Below are positions 12,201 to 27,200 of a DNA stretch of 64,000 nt, in pieces. Position 1 is the first letter of the stretch. Each line of letters begins with the position of its first letter. Under the pieces are notes generated by a model that was given only the letters and a program-made list of their open reading frames with translations, made no database searches and was not told the origin of the DNA. The stretch is from Oculina patagonica (taxonomy: Eukaryota): the NCBI RefSeq assembly GCF_052425735.1, contig NC_135761.1, forward strand, positions 54,932,001-54,996,000, written 5' to 3'. The position numbers and the translations under genes were made by a program.

Positions 12201-15200
12201 AGAATGGAAATCCAGTCCAGTCCGTGTCGATCTTCAAGCAGTGGTAATAAGAGAAATAAGGAGAGTCTTCAAGACGAAATTCATTATCATTCTGCTCCGG
12301 GCCATAAGGATACATGTTGCTCTCGTATGGAGTGGCTTGGAATAAAAAGTTATTAAGATCGAAATCAACATCGCACTTTTTTATAAAGACATTGATAGAG
12401 AATTGTTGACTTCCGCAAGGACAATTATTTTAGTTTATTTCATTACAAACCATGGAAAGCTATAATCAAGAACTGCTTTAGCTATGACGTTCCGCTTGGT
12501 TGTCAGAAATAAATACCAATCAAAGAAGAATTGATCCATTCGTTAATAAAAATGACTTGCATTACTTAAATTTTAATAACTTTTTAACTCAAATCAAAGC
12601 AGCCTTCTATACAGCCTGGTTTTCACTAGCGGCGCAAGCATAAGGTAAGGAAAACAACTATAATTTTACCGTGAATTCGGCTTCGACGCAAGCAAAAGCA
12701 CAAACAAAATGCATTTTGATGCTTATGCTTGATCTTGTCTCAAGCACAAGCACAAAGGTCATTCTATTTTCCTGTTCGCGTGCTTGCCTTTGTGTTTGCC
12801 TTTGTGCTTGCGCTTGTGCTTGCGTCGCTAGTGAAAACCAGGCTTAAATCTCATAAATAGTTTGAAAAACAGAAAGTTACGTAAAGGGAGCCCTTATAAT
12901 CCTGAGTAACTGGATTAAGTACAATAATAGATTCACGGCATTTATATTGACATTATACTGCATCTCGGGCTCTTCATAAAATAATTTAGATCAACAGACA
13001 TGTAAAGGATTGATGATCTTAACACTACTCACTCGTTGGAGTTGGAGCTGTTGTAACTGAAAACAAAGAGAAAAACGTAAAGATCAGGTATGTGGCAGTT
13101 TTAAGAATTATAAGATAAAAATTATAAGATAAGCAGAGTAATGAAAACAGAAGCAACTTACCCGCAGTAGATTGCACAGGATTCATTGTAGCTAAGGTGA
13201 AAAAAAAATGACAACACAAGTCAATATCGTAAGAGAGATAATTACCAGAATGAGCGTAAACAGGATTGTATAATAATATTAATTTTTGCAATTAAAATTA
13301 GTTATTATATAGGTGCTTTGTTCGTTTCCGTTCTTTCGCCATGCAATGCCGTGCCGTGCCATGGCATGCCACGCAATGCCGNNNNNNNNNNNNNNNNNNN
13401 NNNNNNNNNNNNNNNNNNNNNNNNNNNNNNNNNNNNNNNNNNNNNNNNNNNNNNNNNNNNNNNNNNNNNNNNNNNNNNNNNNNNNNNNNNNNNNNNNNNN
13501 NNNNNNNNNNNNNNNNNNNNNNNCCATGCCATGCCAAGCCACGCTAGACTATGCCATGCTANNNNNNNNNNNNNNNNNNNNNNNNNNNNNNNNNNNNNNN
13601 NNNNNNNNNNNNNNNNNNNNNNNNNNNNNNNNNNNNNNNNNNNNNNNNNNNNNNNNNNNNNNNNNNNNNNNNNNNNNNNNNNNNNNNNNNNNNNNNNNNN
13701 NNNNNNNNNNNNNNNNNNNNNNNNNNNNNNNNNNNNNNNNNNNNNNNNNNNNNNNNNNNNNNNNNNNNNNNNNNNNNNNNNNNNNNNNNNNNNNNNNNNN
13801 NNNNNNNNNNNNNNNGGGCTAGGCTAAACTGGGCTGGGCTGGGCTGGGCTGGGCTGGGCTGGGCTGAGCTGGGCTGGGCTGGGCTGGGCTGGGCTGGGCT
13901 GGGCTGGGCTGGGCTGGGCTGGGCTGGCTAGGTTAGGCTAGGTTAGGCTAGGCAAGGCTAGGCTAGGCACTCACTCTGGAGGATGAGTTTTGATTCAAGC
14001 CCAAAACCTCCCAAAGGGTAAAGGTAATTTAATTTATATCAATATATACTTCAAAAAATCCCCCTAAATAACATAAAGCTATAATATTATCTTTTAACAC
14101 AGAATCGATTGCATTGACGAGGGAACTTTGAGGACTTACTTTTTGACGCCGAGATGTTCTGACTCACGGACGGTGAGGTAGTTTCCAATGCACTTGTAGT
14201 CAAGGAACCATTTTTACTGGTCGATGTTGCAGTTACCGAGGAACTTGTAGACAAAGACAGCGTTGAACTTTGGGACTGCGATTCACTTGGACTCACTGAT
14301 GTAGATTGGCTTGAGGACACCGACACGTTTTGGCTGAGACTTGCTGTGGCACTGTGCGATGTAGGTTCCGTTTGGATTGCACTTGTAGACGACGTTGTTG
14401 TGAAAGAACGAGTTGTACTATCGCTCTGTGAGACGAAACTGCTGTCACTTGCCACTTGTGGGCTTGCTGACGACGTTGTCAAAGACGTAGTTGAGCTTTG
14501 GGTCTGTGAGAAGAAGTCGCTTTCACTGACAACTTGTGAGCTTGCTGACGACGTTGTTGTCAGAGACGGAGTTGAGCTTTCGGTCTGTGAGAAGAAATTG
14601 CTCTCACTGACAACTTGTGAGCTTGCTGACGACGTTGTTGTCGTAGACGAAGTTGAGCTTTCGATCTGTGAGAAGAAATTGCTTTCACTGACAACTTGCG
14701 AGCTTGTTGACGACGTTGTTGTCAAAAACGGAGTTGAGCTTTGGGTCTGTGAGACGAAATCGCTCTCACTGGCCACTGGTGAGATTGCTGACGACGTTGT
14801 TGCCAAAGACGGAGTTGAGCTTTGAGTGTGTGAGAAGAAATTGCTTTCACTGACAACTTGTGAGCTTGTTGGCGACGTTGTTGTCAAAAACGGAGTTGAT
14901 CTTTGGGTCTGTGAGAAGGAATCACTCTCACTGGCCACTTGTGTACTTGCCGTCGACGTTGTTGTCGAAGACGGAGTTGAGCTTTGGGTTTGTGAGAAGA
15001 AATTGCTCTCACTTGCCACTTGTGTACTTGACGTCGAAGTTGTTGTCGAAGACGGAGTTGAGCTTTGGGTTTGTGAGAAGAAATTGCTCTCACTGGCCAC
15101 TTGTGAGCTTGCTGACGACGTTGTTGTCAAAAACGGAGTTGAGCTTTCAGTCTGTGAGAAGAAACCGCTCTCACTGGCCACTGGCGAGCTTAACGTCGAC

Positions 15201-18200
15201 GTTGTTGTCGAAGACGGAGTTGAGCTTTGGGTCTGTGAGAAGAAATCGCTCCCACTGGACACCTGCAAACTTGCTGACGACGTTGTTGTAAAAGACGGAG
15301 TTGTGCTTTGTGTCTGTGAAAAGAAGTCACTCTCACTGACAACTTGTCCACTTGTTGACGAACTTGCCGAAAAATTTAGAGGTGGGGTATGGGTCTGCGA
15401 GACGCTCACCGATCCATTAGCTGATTGGCTAGACATACCTGGACTGACTGACGCAGTCTCGATGATTGAAGACAGCTGAGACGCTGAAACAGATAAAAAG
15501 ACAGACTTTGTGAGGTTTTGAACAGTAAAAGGGAGACTGCACTCTCGGAGGTACCATACAGGTGGCTTCTGTAATACGTCATTACCTGCACGAGCGAGAT
15601 TCAAAGGATGTAAATTAAGATATTTAAACCAAACCAAACACGAATCAGGATCATATCAAATACAATTTTGAAACTTTAACTGTTTCGTTAAATTTATCCA
15701 TAAACCGGAACTGCAATAAGTTTGTTTGTTTTTATTGTCTATTTTTCTAAGAATGAACTACGTTCCTTAGGTTCATTTACTTACATGACGTGTAAACAGT
15801 TGAAGTTGCTGTGGTACAAAGGCAATAGCACACAGAGGAACTCAGAGCAGCAGACTGGCTGGATGTAGTGTTCACAGAAGTCGTTGAATTGTACGAGAAG
15901 AGAGATGAAGAGCTGGATGTTACGTTTGCAACAGTCGCTGAATCGTACAGGAATGAAGAACTATATGACCCCTTTGAAGAAGAGCCACAAGGACATACAC
16001 ACATGGAAGAGGCATCAACTATACTGGAAGTAGTTGCTAGAAAGACCACAAACCACATAAAATTATTAATGTTTTACACTGTTCTGCAGAAAGATTATAA
16101 AGAATGCATATCAAGCCTACATGTGTGAATTAGGAATGAACCGAAAAGAATCATTTGGAATAGAATCTTGTATCATCAGCTGATAACACATCAATCTACT
16201 AGACAATTTAAATGCCTAAAAATTGTGTAGTATCGCTATACATGTCTATCTGTATATTTGGACGAGTTTTGATGTATTTTCACAGGCTCGCAGGGCAATA
16301 AATACAAAAAATGGACCCGACATTAGATCGTGCTCGCTTGTTTTTTGTTTCGGTTTTCCACTTACTCCAAAAATATGCCCAAGTATAAAATTGTTGCCTA
16401 AATTATTTGTACCTAAGTAAGCGAAGTTGGATAATAAAAGATAATAAGCTCTACTGGAAATGATAAAATTATGGCACATTAACTTACAGATCAAAGAAGC
16501 AGCCGACGCTGTAGTGCTGCAAGGGCAATAACATACATTGGAACTGCTCGAAGTGGAAGATATTAAGGATGAAGAACTTGGTGAGCTCGTTGTATTAGAC
16601 CCACAAGGACAAATACACATGGAGACAGCATCTGCACTGCTTGAAGAAGTTGCTGAAAATAACAGAACTCGACGTTAATGTTCTCTGCCAGTGAATCTAA
16701 ATATGGGAAAGTTTTCATCCCAAGGATACACAAAATTATTTCACACTTATTGGTAAAAAGCATAAGTATTTTGTAAAAAATAATTTATGATATATAACCC
16801 ATTTTTCTGATCGAAAACCATTTCTATAGTAAATGCAATATGCAGAATTTATTTATAGCTTAAGTTTTTGAGCACTAAGACACAGACATATCGACTCTTG
16901 TGCGTGCAATTTTCCGGCTATCTTGCAGTTGGGTTTAAAATAATTTAAGTCACTGGGTTTAATATGAAGACAAAGCGCATGATTCCACTGGCTCACACCT
17001 TGCCTTGTTCCAAGGGCACAATTTAGCCGCGCAGGAAATTCGTTAGGGTCGCGTAGCTTCCTGTCTTGATCGAACCCCGTACAGGGTCTATCCACACTCT
17101 CACTAAAGAAATATCAGAGTATTGAATAATATCTCTGACGTGTTAATAACGGTATTTATATAGCGCATTTCCATGCGCTTAATGCGCTTTACAACCCTTT
17201 GCGGGGACTTATACCAGAATGCCCTATACAAGTACTTTTTTCTTCAATTTAGTTGGATCTGTCAGATTTTCGTTTAAGGCACAATCAAAACAACTGATGA
17301 ATAAGAAATAACTGAAAGCCAAGACCATTTCTATATCATTCAAATACTTTCAAATAGGGGGAGTGTTGTTTGTTATTAATATTGCATATTACTTTGGTTT
17401 CTTTCCAGCTTTTTGAAATGCATTTTCGTTAAAACACACGCAAGTTGAAACATAATTTCGAACCCATCAGAGCGTTAACAATTTGCATTTAAATGATGGG
17501 GCATTTTATTACGTTTAGGCGACTCTGTCAGGGTCAAGTTCAGCTGATAATTTCTGGAGGCCGGGCTTTTCCACTAGGGACGCTTTAATTTCCATATCAT
17601 CACAATAAGAAAGACAAAAGCTGACAGGACTGTCTATGAATTTAAAACTGATGATAAATTGAAGAGCAGTATTAGCGAAGTCCGGTCAGGGTTAAGTACA
17701 AGCAGCAACGATTTATGGGGCTATTGACTGCTATTGGGTTCTTTGGATAATATGTGCTTTTGCTTCGTTTGCATTACAGTAGAGACTAAACTGAACGGTT
17801 GGCCAATTCTGTCTGTAATTTTTGACGGTGATAAACAACGACCAATTGCATACAAAATTAGCCTAGAAATGTTTCTTTAACGACCTATAACCGACATCTG
17901 ACGTTAGACAAATTAATAATAAATCTATCTTCTCTACGATCATACATTTGGCAGATGGTGATTGTACGTTTTTGCTCTCGTAATTGTCCAAAACTAGAAA
18001 AAATCTTGACGGTAAGACTTTTTTCTATCAAGACTGGGTTGATAAGGGTGCCCTTACTTTGCAAGATGTCATTGATAACAACGGCAGATATTTGCCATTT
18101 GAACAGTTTAAACAACGATATGGAATACAGTGCAACTTTCTTCAATACTTCCAAGTAATATCCGAATTGAAATACTCAAAAGCTTTATATAATTAATAAA

Positions 18201-21200
18201 GCAAAATATAAGAAGAGTTGGTAAGGTAAATGATGAGATGAAGCTAGGAAACATCTAATTAAAGCTACATCACTTATATCTCGAATGTTTCTGCAAAAAA
18301 AATTATAATACAATACTGGAATAGTTGCAAAAGTTCTGTGTCGCTCTGCAGTCACTAAATGATATAACAAGAAAGCAAACATTACTGCTGAAGTTATCAC
18401 AGTGAAATGTTTCTTAAATAACACGATACACGAAAACAAGTCAAACACAACCGTATTACGCACAACTGTAGTTTCCATTTTCCCACCCATGAGTTGAAGT
18501 ACGACTGTTTGAGTGTGTCGAGTACAACGATGAAGGTCTTTTTGAGCTAAGACACCTTCGAAACGTTTGCCGTTAAAGTATGAATGTCAAAAGTGCTAAA
18601 GGAAGGCAAATATGACTTACCCTGGACAAAACCAAGAAGTAGAAACACAAAATAAACTGTCCACATACTGTTGTTGAGGGACATCATTCACTTTGACGTA
18701 TTGTTTAATTTCGATTTCTTTAGGACATTATTATATCAGTTGTGCATGGATGGTCATATTCAGTGGGGCGTGATGCCTTTAGACAAAATTATGCGTCTAC
18801 TGTTTTATGCATCTTGGCTTCGTTGGATGAGCACTTAATCAGATAATTTACTTTTTTTCCTGAAACACGAAGGGACATGTCGCAGCGACATTTAGCAGGG
18901 ACAAAATCAAAACATGTTCATACACAAGAAAATGTAGCATGGGCGCGACGTGTTGCAGCGACACGTGCCCTCGTGTGTGGCAATACATTCCCGGAGGGTG
19001 TGCGCTGCAAAATGGCCCTTCTACGCTTTCTCCTGTTTGTTTATGCAATGATTTCGGCAAAGCAACAACATGTCATTGCAACATGTCCTTTCTCGTCTTA
19101 ATTGAGACGAGCGTCACTGAGACGCAGGTGCACCTTAGAAACAACTTGCCAGGTTTCATCCAGGCAGATTAAAGAGTCCCATTTTCCAGACGATGACACA
19201 TTTAAAATTTTCACCAGCAGGTTGACCAAAATCGGCTAATTTGTTGTTAAGCTTCAATAAGTTTCCCTTTTCACCGAAAACAATTATCAATGCAAAATCG
19301 TTGAATTATCGAGTTGTTTGTTAAGACTCATATCCGTACTACGACTTTAGTTCCTGATGCTTTTAAGCTATAAAATACTTTTATTCACTCTGTGATCCTA
19401 GAATTGAGAGATGTACTTTATTGAACTATTAACGATAATAACTAAACAAAGAGAAGAGTTTGCTAGAAACACGGTAGCAACCGACCGCTTTATCATTAAA
19501 ACAGTAATTGTTTTTTTTTTTTAGTTTAGATAGCAATCTCTTCCATAGATGATATTGGCCTAGGTATTGAATAGATTCAGTGGCCTTTCCACTTCACAGC
19601 ATGATATAAAAACCCTTAATTTTTCAGCATGTAGTTTATGTTAAATCTTTGACGTCTACATTCTGCCTGCACTAAGTTCCAAAAAATAAGAATACCTGAC
19701 CACCTATTTAAAGCTGGACTGATTTCTAATTTGTAAGTTTTCCCCTGCTCGTTTTTTAACCTTATAACTTTATCCCACTCTTGCATTTCCTTAACCTTTG
19801 TTTTGGTTTGTTTGCATGGTTACCTTGGTGACAGTTTCAAACATGTAATTAAATGAGTTAGAAAGCTTGACCAAATACACCAACCATCATGAAAAAATCA
19901 ATTAATTCATGCCACATTTCCAGTCAGTCCCTTTCTCTTTTTTTTAAAAAAAAAAATCACTGTAATTTGATTCAAGTAAATACATTGCCTTTAATAAACC
20001 AACATGGAGGCGGCTAATGTTATTACGTTTCGACAAATCTGTCAGAGTCAACTTGAGCTGATAATTCATGGAGGCTGGGCTTTGCCAAAAGAGACGCTTT
20101 GATTTCCATTTCAACAAAATAAGGAGGACAAAGGAAGACAGGTCTATCTATGAATTTAGAACTGATGATAATGGGAAATGGATTATTAGTGAAGTATGGG
20201 TCAGGGTTAAGTACAATGCAAACATACACGATTTATGGGCTGAAGGCCGGGCTTTGCCAAAAGGGCCCCCTTGATTTCCATTTCAATAAAATAAGGAGGA
20301 CAAACGCTGACAGGTCTGTCTATGAATTTAGAACTGATGATAAATGAAGGAAGAGTATAAGTGAAGTATATGTCAGGGTTAAGTACAAGTAGCCATGATT
20401 TATGGGCCATTGGGTTACTTGGGTAATGTGTGCTTTTGCTTCGTTTGCATTACAGTAGTGATTAAACTGAAAGGTTAGCCGACTCTGTCTGTAACCGTTG
20501 ACGGTGATACACAACGATCAATCGCATAAACTATTAGCATAGAAATGTTTTTATAACCGAGGTTTCACATTATTTAAATCAATAATAAATCTAACTTCTT
20601 TCCAATCATACTTGCCTAACCTCATTATACGTTTTGCTCTTGTAATTTTCCAAAACATAGCAAAATAAGAGTCTAGAACTGGAGTTATGTTGGCCAACAA
20701 GACGGTAATTTTTAATGTTTCGTTATGTTTCAATATTTGCAGAACATTCAGTCATATTGTTACTACTTCAGTCGCTGTATTTACTCCGTGACTCTGGAAT
20801 GAAGAATTGAGATCCCAAAAGATATTCAAGTAAATGAACACAGCATGGGTAACAGAGTTTGACAGAAAAGAGGCAGAATTATAGGCATAACACATCATAA
20901 TTACTGGTATATTTTTCATTAGCGATATTGCACCCTTTCCACCTCACAGGACGTGATACAATAACTCTTGATTAATCACCCTGCGGCTGCTGTCAGAAGT
21001 CTGGATCTTGCCGCACCCGAATTACTTCCAAAACTAGGGATGTCTGACCGCACAGTCCACTGCGATATGCTTTCTAAGATTTTTGTGTACGTTTCTACTC
21101 TTTTTTTTCTCTGTTTTTCGTCTAATTGAAAACAATTATCAGTCTAAGGTTAACAAAGATCACTGGTAATCATTGTTAACTGCGGCCGCCATTCTTTGCA

Positions 21201-24200
21201 GCTTTTTCTTTTACACACCTTTCTGTTGTGCTGACAATGCGTATTAGTACATCAGTTTTGCCTTATGAATGGCCCTCTTTATACCAGTGACACATGTTTC
21301 TGCTGTTGATTAAGCTATTAAGTTTAAAATAAAAACAACCAACAGCAAATAGATCGTCTTCACGCATAATCTGATCCATGTGGCTTCCTCTTTAAATATA
21401 TTAATTCTATCCATCTTGCGCTGTTCTTTATACTGAGACGCATACGAGTTCTTCTTGACTGATTATACGTATTACCATAGTCACTACTAACTGTGGTATT
21501 ACAGTAATAGAACGCTTCAACCACAACCAAAAACGATTATCAATTCAAGATTAAAAAGGATCATGCGAAACCTTTAAGAAATATTGAGTTGTTTATTAAG
21601 ATTCACGTCTAAACCAGACAATTTGAGTTGTTATTACTTTGAGACTTTAACTGTATGCAGCCGCCAAAGCCACCAAACATTCTTTGCAGGTTTCGTTCTG
21701 ACACAATATATACACTAGCTATCTGATGTGCTGACAATGTGTCGGAGCAACTAACATTCTTGATAAAAGCGTAAAATACAATAAAAAAGCTTCATATTCG
21801 TTGGATCTTACACCTGAATTGACTGGCTTTGCTTGGAAAGAAGTAGATTTTCCGAGTGGTCTGCGATAACGAAAAACCTCACTCCACAACCTACACCAAG
21901 CTTGCTCATGCCCAGAGCCCAAAACATTTCCACGAAATCCTAAAAAAAGACACTTTTCTGAACATGTCGACATGCACGACTTCTCTTCAAACATTTCCTT
22001 GTTATACAAATATAGGGTTTCTTTTACGGATATTTGTACAATAGAATTGAAATGATATCCACAATATCGATTGGAGGAAGAGACTATTTCCCGGTACGCT
22101 CATGGTTACACTATTTATTTTTCACTTGAACAAAAACACTTGAAGTAATGTAATTAAAACAGCTTTCGCGTAAACAAAATACGTAATATAAAAGCTTTAT
22201 ATAATTAATAAAGCAAAATATAAGAAGAGTTGGTAAGGTAAATGATGATGAGATGAAGTTAGGAAACATCTGTGAAAGCTACGTCACTTATATCTCGAAG
22301 TTTCTGCAAAAAAAATTAATACAATACTGGAATAGTTGCAAAAGTTCTGTGTCGCTGCAGCCACTGAATGATATAACAAGAAAGAAACATTATTGCTGAA
22401 GATATCACATGTGAAATGTTTGTTAAATAACACAACACACGAAAACAAGTCAAACACGCACAACTGTAGTTTTCATTTTTTACATTCATGAGTGAATGAG
22501 TTCGAGCGCGACTGCGTGCATGTGTCGAGTATAACGGTTAAGGTCCTTTTGAGCTAAGAAGCCTTCAAAACGTTTGCCGTTAAAGTATGAATCTCAAAAG
22601 GTGCTAAAGAAAGGCAAATATGACTTACCCTGGACGAAACCAAGAAGTAGAAACACGAAATAAACTGTCCACATACTGTTGTAGAGGGACATCACTTTAA
22701 CGTGTTGTTTAATTTCGATTTCTTTGGGACATTATTAAATCAGTTGGGCATGGATGGTCCTGGATATTCAGTGGGGCGTGATGCCTTTAGACAAAATTAT
22801 GCGTCTACTGTTTTATGCCCCTTGGCTTCTTTGGGGGAGCACTTAATCAGATAATGTGCCTTTTAATCCTGAAACACGAAGGGACATGTCGCAGCGACAT
22901 ATTTCAGGGACAAAATCACAACATGTTCATACACAAGAAAATGTAGCATGCACGTGTTGCAGCGACACGAGCCCTCGTGTGTGCTAATACATTTCAGGGG
23001 GCTTGCGGCTGCAACATGCCCCTGCTACATCTTCTTGTGTGTGTTTATGTAGTAACTTTGTCGCAACAACATGTCGCTGCAACATGTACTTTCGCCAAAT
23101 CCGTCTTTTTCTCATCTTACTTGAGGCGAAAGTCATTGAGACTCATAACGAGGTGCACTAAAAAAAAAACTTCAGGTTTCATCCAGGCGGACAAAGGTTC
23201 CGATTGTCCAAATGATGTCACATTAATTTTCAACAGCAGGTTGACAAAAATCGGCTTAGTTGTTGTTAAGCTTCTATCAGTTTCCCTTTTCACCGAAAAC
23301 TAGTTGGAAATCGTTGAAATATTGAGTTGTTTATTGAAAACTCATATCCTTATCTTTTCTATACGACTTCAGTTGCTGATGCTCTAAAGCTCTAAATACC
23401 AGTATTTACTCCGTGATCCTGGTATGAAGACATACACTTCATTGAAATCGTAAAGATAAAAACTAAACAAATAGAAGAGTTTGCTAGAATAATGGTAGAC
23501 CAACCCGCTTTATAACTAACCGTAATTGTTTTTTTACTTAAGATAGAATCTTTAATTGACGATATTGGCCTACAGTGTGGATATTGAATAGATTCAGTGA
23601 CCTTTCCACTTCACAACCTGATGTAATAACCCTTAATTTATCAACATGCGGTTTTTGTTAAATCTTTGACGTCAGTATTCTGCTGCACCAAGTTCCAAAA
23701 ATAAGAACTCTGCCCATGTTTGTCTGGGGGAATAATAGTTAAAGCGCGACTGATTTTTGAGAATTTTTGCGTACCTTTTTTCCTGCTCTCTTTTTAACCT
23801 TATAGACTATCTTTATTTCACTCTCACATTTCCGTAGCCATGTTTTGATGTGTTTTCATGGTTACCTTGGCAACAGTTTCAAAACATGTAATTAAACGAG
23901 TTAGAAGGCTTGAATTGACGGAGTAACCCAACCGTCATGATAAAGGGCCATTAATTCGTGCCACGTTTCCTGTCAGTCCCGTTCTTTAGAAAAAGATCAC
24001 TGTGACTTGATGGAGTAAATCATTGCCATATTTAATTACCTTCTGCCATATTGTGTGTTTCCAATGTAAACTTATTGTACCTATAACTTTTTGTTCACTT
24101 TTTTCGATTTCCACTTCATTAAAGCCTAATTATGCTTTAAACATATAGGTTATTTAATTTAATGTCTTAGCTCTGTTCTACTCTGCCACTGATTTTGTAA

Positions 24201-27200
24201 TTTCTTTGTAGTGGCAAAATAAATGAACTTGAAAACTTGCAACTTGAAATACTTTTGCATTTTTTGCATTAACAACCGAAAGCAATTATCAGTCCAAATA
24301 GTACTGAAAATATACACAATTTTCTAACCTGCTGACAGTGCATCTGAGCAGCTCAGCTGATTTTTGATGAAAGACAATTCCACAAAAGCCTGACGATTGA
24401 TGGTGCCATAAAACTTTCTGGCTTGGCTTGGAAAGAAGGAGATTTTGCCGAACATGCCGACTTGATCTCGCCTCAGTTTGAATACACAGTATTCCCGGCC
24501 ATGGAAATAAAAATGTTGCTTTCCGAAGCGGGCTTTTAAAAAAGAATGTTTTATGTAGGATTCACACTAAACCAAAAATGACTAAGAAAAATTCGACAGC
24601 TTTTCAGTATAACTACTATATCAAACCGGGTAAGAGTTTATATAGTAAATTATGGGGCGCTGGTGAAAGCTTTCTCTTTAAATCGAAAACGTAGCTGGCA
24701 AAATATCTAATCTATCAATCCCACATCCTTTCTCATATGCACCTAACTAAGAGTTACTAGTTAAGTTCCTTGTGTCGCTTATTGTTACTGAATATTGCAA
24801 CAACAAATTAAATTAAACGTTACTGCTGGAGCTATTACTGGTGGAATGTTGCTAAGTAACACGAAAACAAGTAAAAAAAAGTCAAACACGACGATTAGGA
24901 TCAACTACAACTTTCATTTTTCCATCCATGAATTCAAGCACGACTGCTTGCATGTTTCGAGTGCAACGGTCAAAGTCCTTGGAAAAAATACCTTGATCAT
25001 GTTTGCCGTTTGAGTACGAAGGCGAAAAAATTTATAAAGGAAGACAAATGTTACTTACCCTGGATGAAAACAGGAAGTAGAAACACAAAATAAACTGCCC
25101 GCATAATGCTGTAGAAGGACATTACTTTGGCTTGTTGTTTAATTTCTATTTTTTTGTTCATTATTAAATCAGTGTTGCATGAGTGGTCCTCTTCAGTGAT
25201 GCATAATCTGTTCAGATGAATCATCTGCTGTTGTATTAGTCTTGGCTTTCGGGCGCACTAAGCCCTTTTTTTTTAGTAAAATAACAGAGTCTACTTGGGG
25301 TATACAGAGCTGAGGTATATTTATTTATTACATTTAACATAAATTTCAAAATAGCTGGTAACAAGATTCCATGCTAATTGGCTATGAAATTCTGAGAAAC
25401 CAGGAACACAGTAGTTGAAAGGTCGTTTTCTTCGAAAGATTTAAGAGTGTTTCGAGAGTGTCATTCATGATCAGCTCTCAGACATTCAAGTTCACCAGAA
25501 ATAACTATTTTTTAATCAACTAGCACGTACATCTGAAAGCAATCCTTTTAATTTAACGACTAGGCAAAAAACATAAACAGTTTTCTAACAATTAAGTATA
25601 AGTAAAAAGGGAAACTGATTGAAGGTTATACACGAGCAAGTTAGCGACCCAGCTTTATTTGGGTCTGCAGTTTGATTATTAAAAATGTATGTGACAGGGA
25701 ATGCAGGCGATGAAAAAAACTGAGTTAAGAATATTCTGGATGAACTCAGGGATATGTTTTAAATAATGCACCTGGTTATAAAAATAAAAAGAAGAGAAGA
25801 AGATTATGCATCAAGACGAACTATGTGATTTGGAACGTAGCTTTAAGAGACCACTGCGGAGTATCTTGAGGGCGAGTATTTTAGCAACCGTATTTATTCA
25901 GGCGTCGCGTTTTGGTCAACTGCATGAGAACAGCACAGTCACTTGTACTGACATTCTGTTACGAAAAACAGACGCGTCTATTTTTTAGAACGTGCAGGAT
26001 TAAGTTCACTTGTACACATTTTATGTAGTTATCTACCATACAGAATACCGTCATTGTGGTGCTCTTGGCAGCACCCAGTCTAAGTTAGTGTGCCTTCTCT
26101 TCAGCCTGAAGCCGGTGAAAACCGATTTACAGCCTTCAAGTAAGTAACGAGTAGTTTACAACACGACAAGAACTTAAACTTAAAGTTATAATTGATGCAA
26201 TGATAATGAATAATACAAAAACGGGAAACGATCTCTCTTGAGTGAAACAGAACGCTGTTTGAGTACGAGCGTAAAATATTTTAGAGAAAGACTTACTTAC
26301 ATTACTTATCCTGGAAGAAAACAAGGAGTAGGAAAACAACGCCAACCGCTCGTTTTATGTCGAGTGACATTACTGCGCCGCGTTTTTTAGCTATCTGTGC
26401 AAACTTCTAACATCAACACGTTTTTCCAATTCGCGGAAAAATATCCTCTTTATTTTGGTCCACCTGACGTCATGCTATCGGGCAGAGTTGACACGAGCAA
26501 CAAACTTTACTGAGAACTTGAAAGCTTTATATAATAAACATATCAATCGTATGAACAGTTGATAATGCGTTTGCGGCTTCAAGACCAAACATGCCAACCA
26601 AAGCATCTTATCACAGCTACATCGAAATCTCGAAAGTTTCAGCGCCTCCTGGGATACGAAATCTTGGCTTGTGCAAAAAGCGCTTTCAGGTAACACTATT
26701 TGAGTTTCAAAACAACAGGAAAATGATTTTAGTATTGTGCAACAAATAAAGGACCACTTTAACTGAAAATAACGGCTTATAAAACGGGAGTAAAGAATCT
26801 TGTTCAAAACGGTTTACTACAATTTTTCTTATGAAGTTATCTGCCAAAATCTTGAACCGTATTCCGTAGACAATCATTTTCATTTAAAAAAAACGTCGCT
26901 TCTCTCACGTGCGCCTTTGATTCTGCCATAAGCACAAAGAATCATTTAAATCATCTTTTAAATTTTAGCTTTGCACAATAATTTTGGCTTTAGGTGTCAG
27001 GTTGGCTAAACAAAAATATTCCACGGTTATTTTAGCAACGTTTCAGGCAACATGTTACAAAACAAACTTATTATTAAAAGAAAAGGAATCATTATCGTCG
27101 TTTTAAAAATTTCAAGTCACGCCCATCGTCAAAGTACAAAGTACGCAATAAATCGAATTATTTATAGCTAAGGTAAAACAAACATTACAAAAAGCTATCT

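Larger units (their letters stand above)
18179..24030. repeat. Direct segmental duplication of about 1.8 kb (18179-19990 vs 22192-24030) containing leader copies 1 and 2
   Basis: Colinear similarity from AAGCTTTATATAATTAATAAAGC to ATCACTGT..AGTAAAT. Confidence 0.9.

Noticed and set aside
13279-13931. ORFs with X runs and WAGLG repeats
   Set aside because: Artifacts of N gaps and pentamer microsatellites; the same applies to ORFs over the gaps at 61.2 kb and 62.7 kb.
13975-14007. Possible extra 33-nt phase-1 microexon ending A|GTGAG
   Set aside because: Would need a weak GAG acceptor and its composition is unlike the neighbouring exons; not supported without RNA data.
14346-15479. Plus-strand repetitive ORFs (..CEKKLLSLTTCELADDVVV..)
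   Set aside because: Antisense shadow of the 84-bp mucin repeat; interrupted by a stop and with no independent gene signals.
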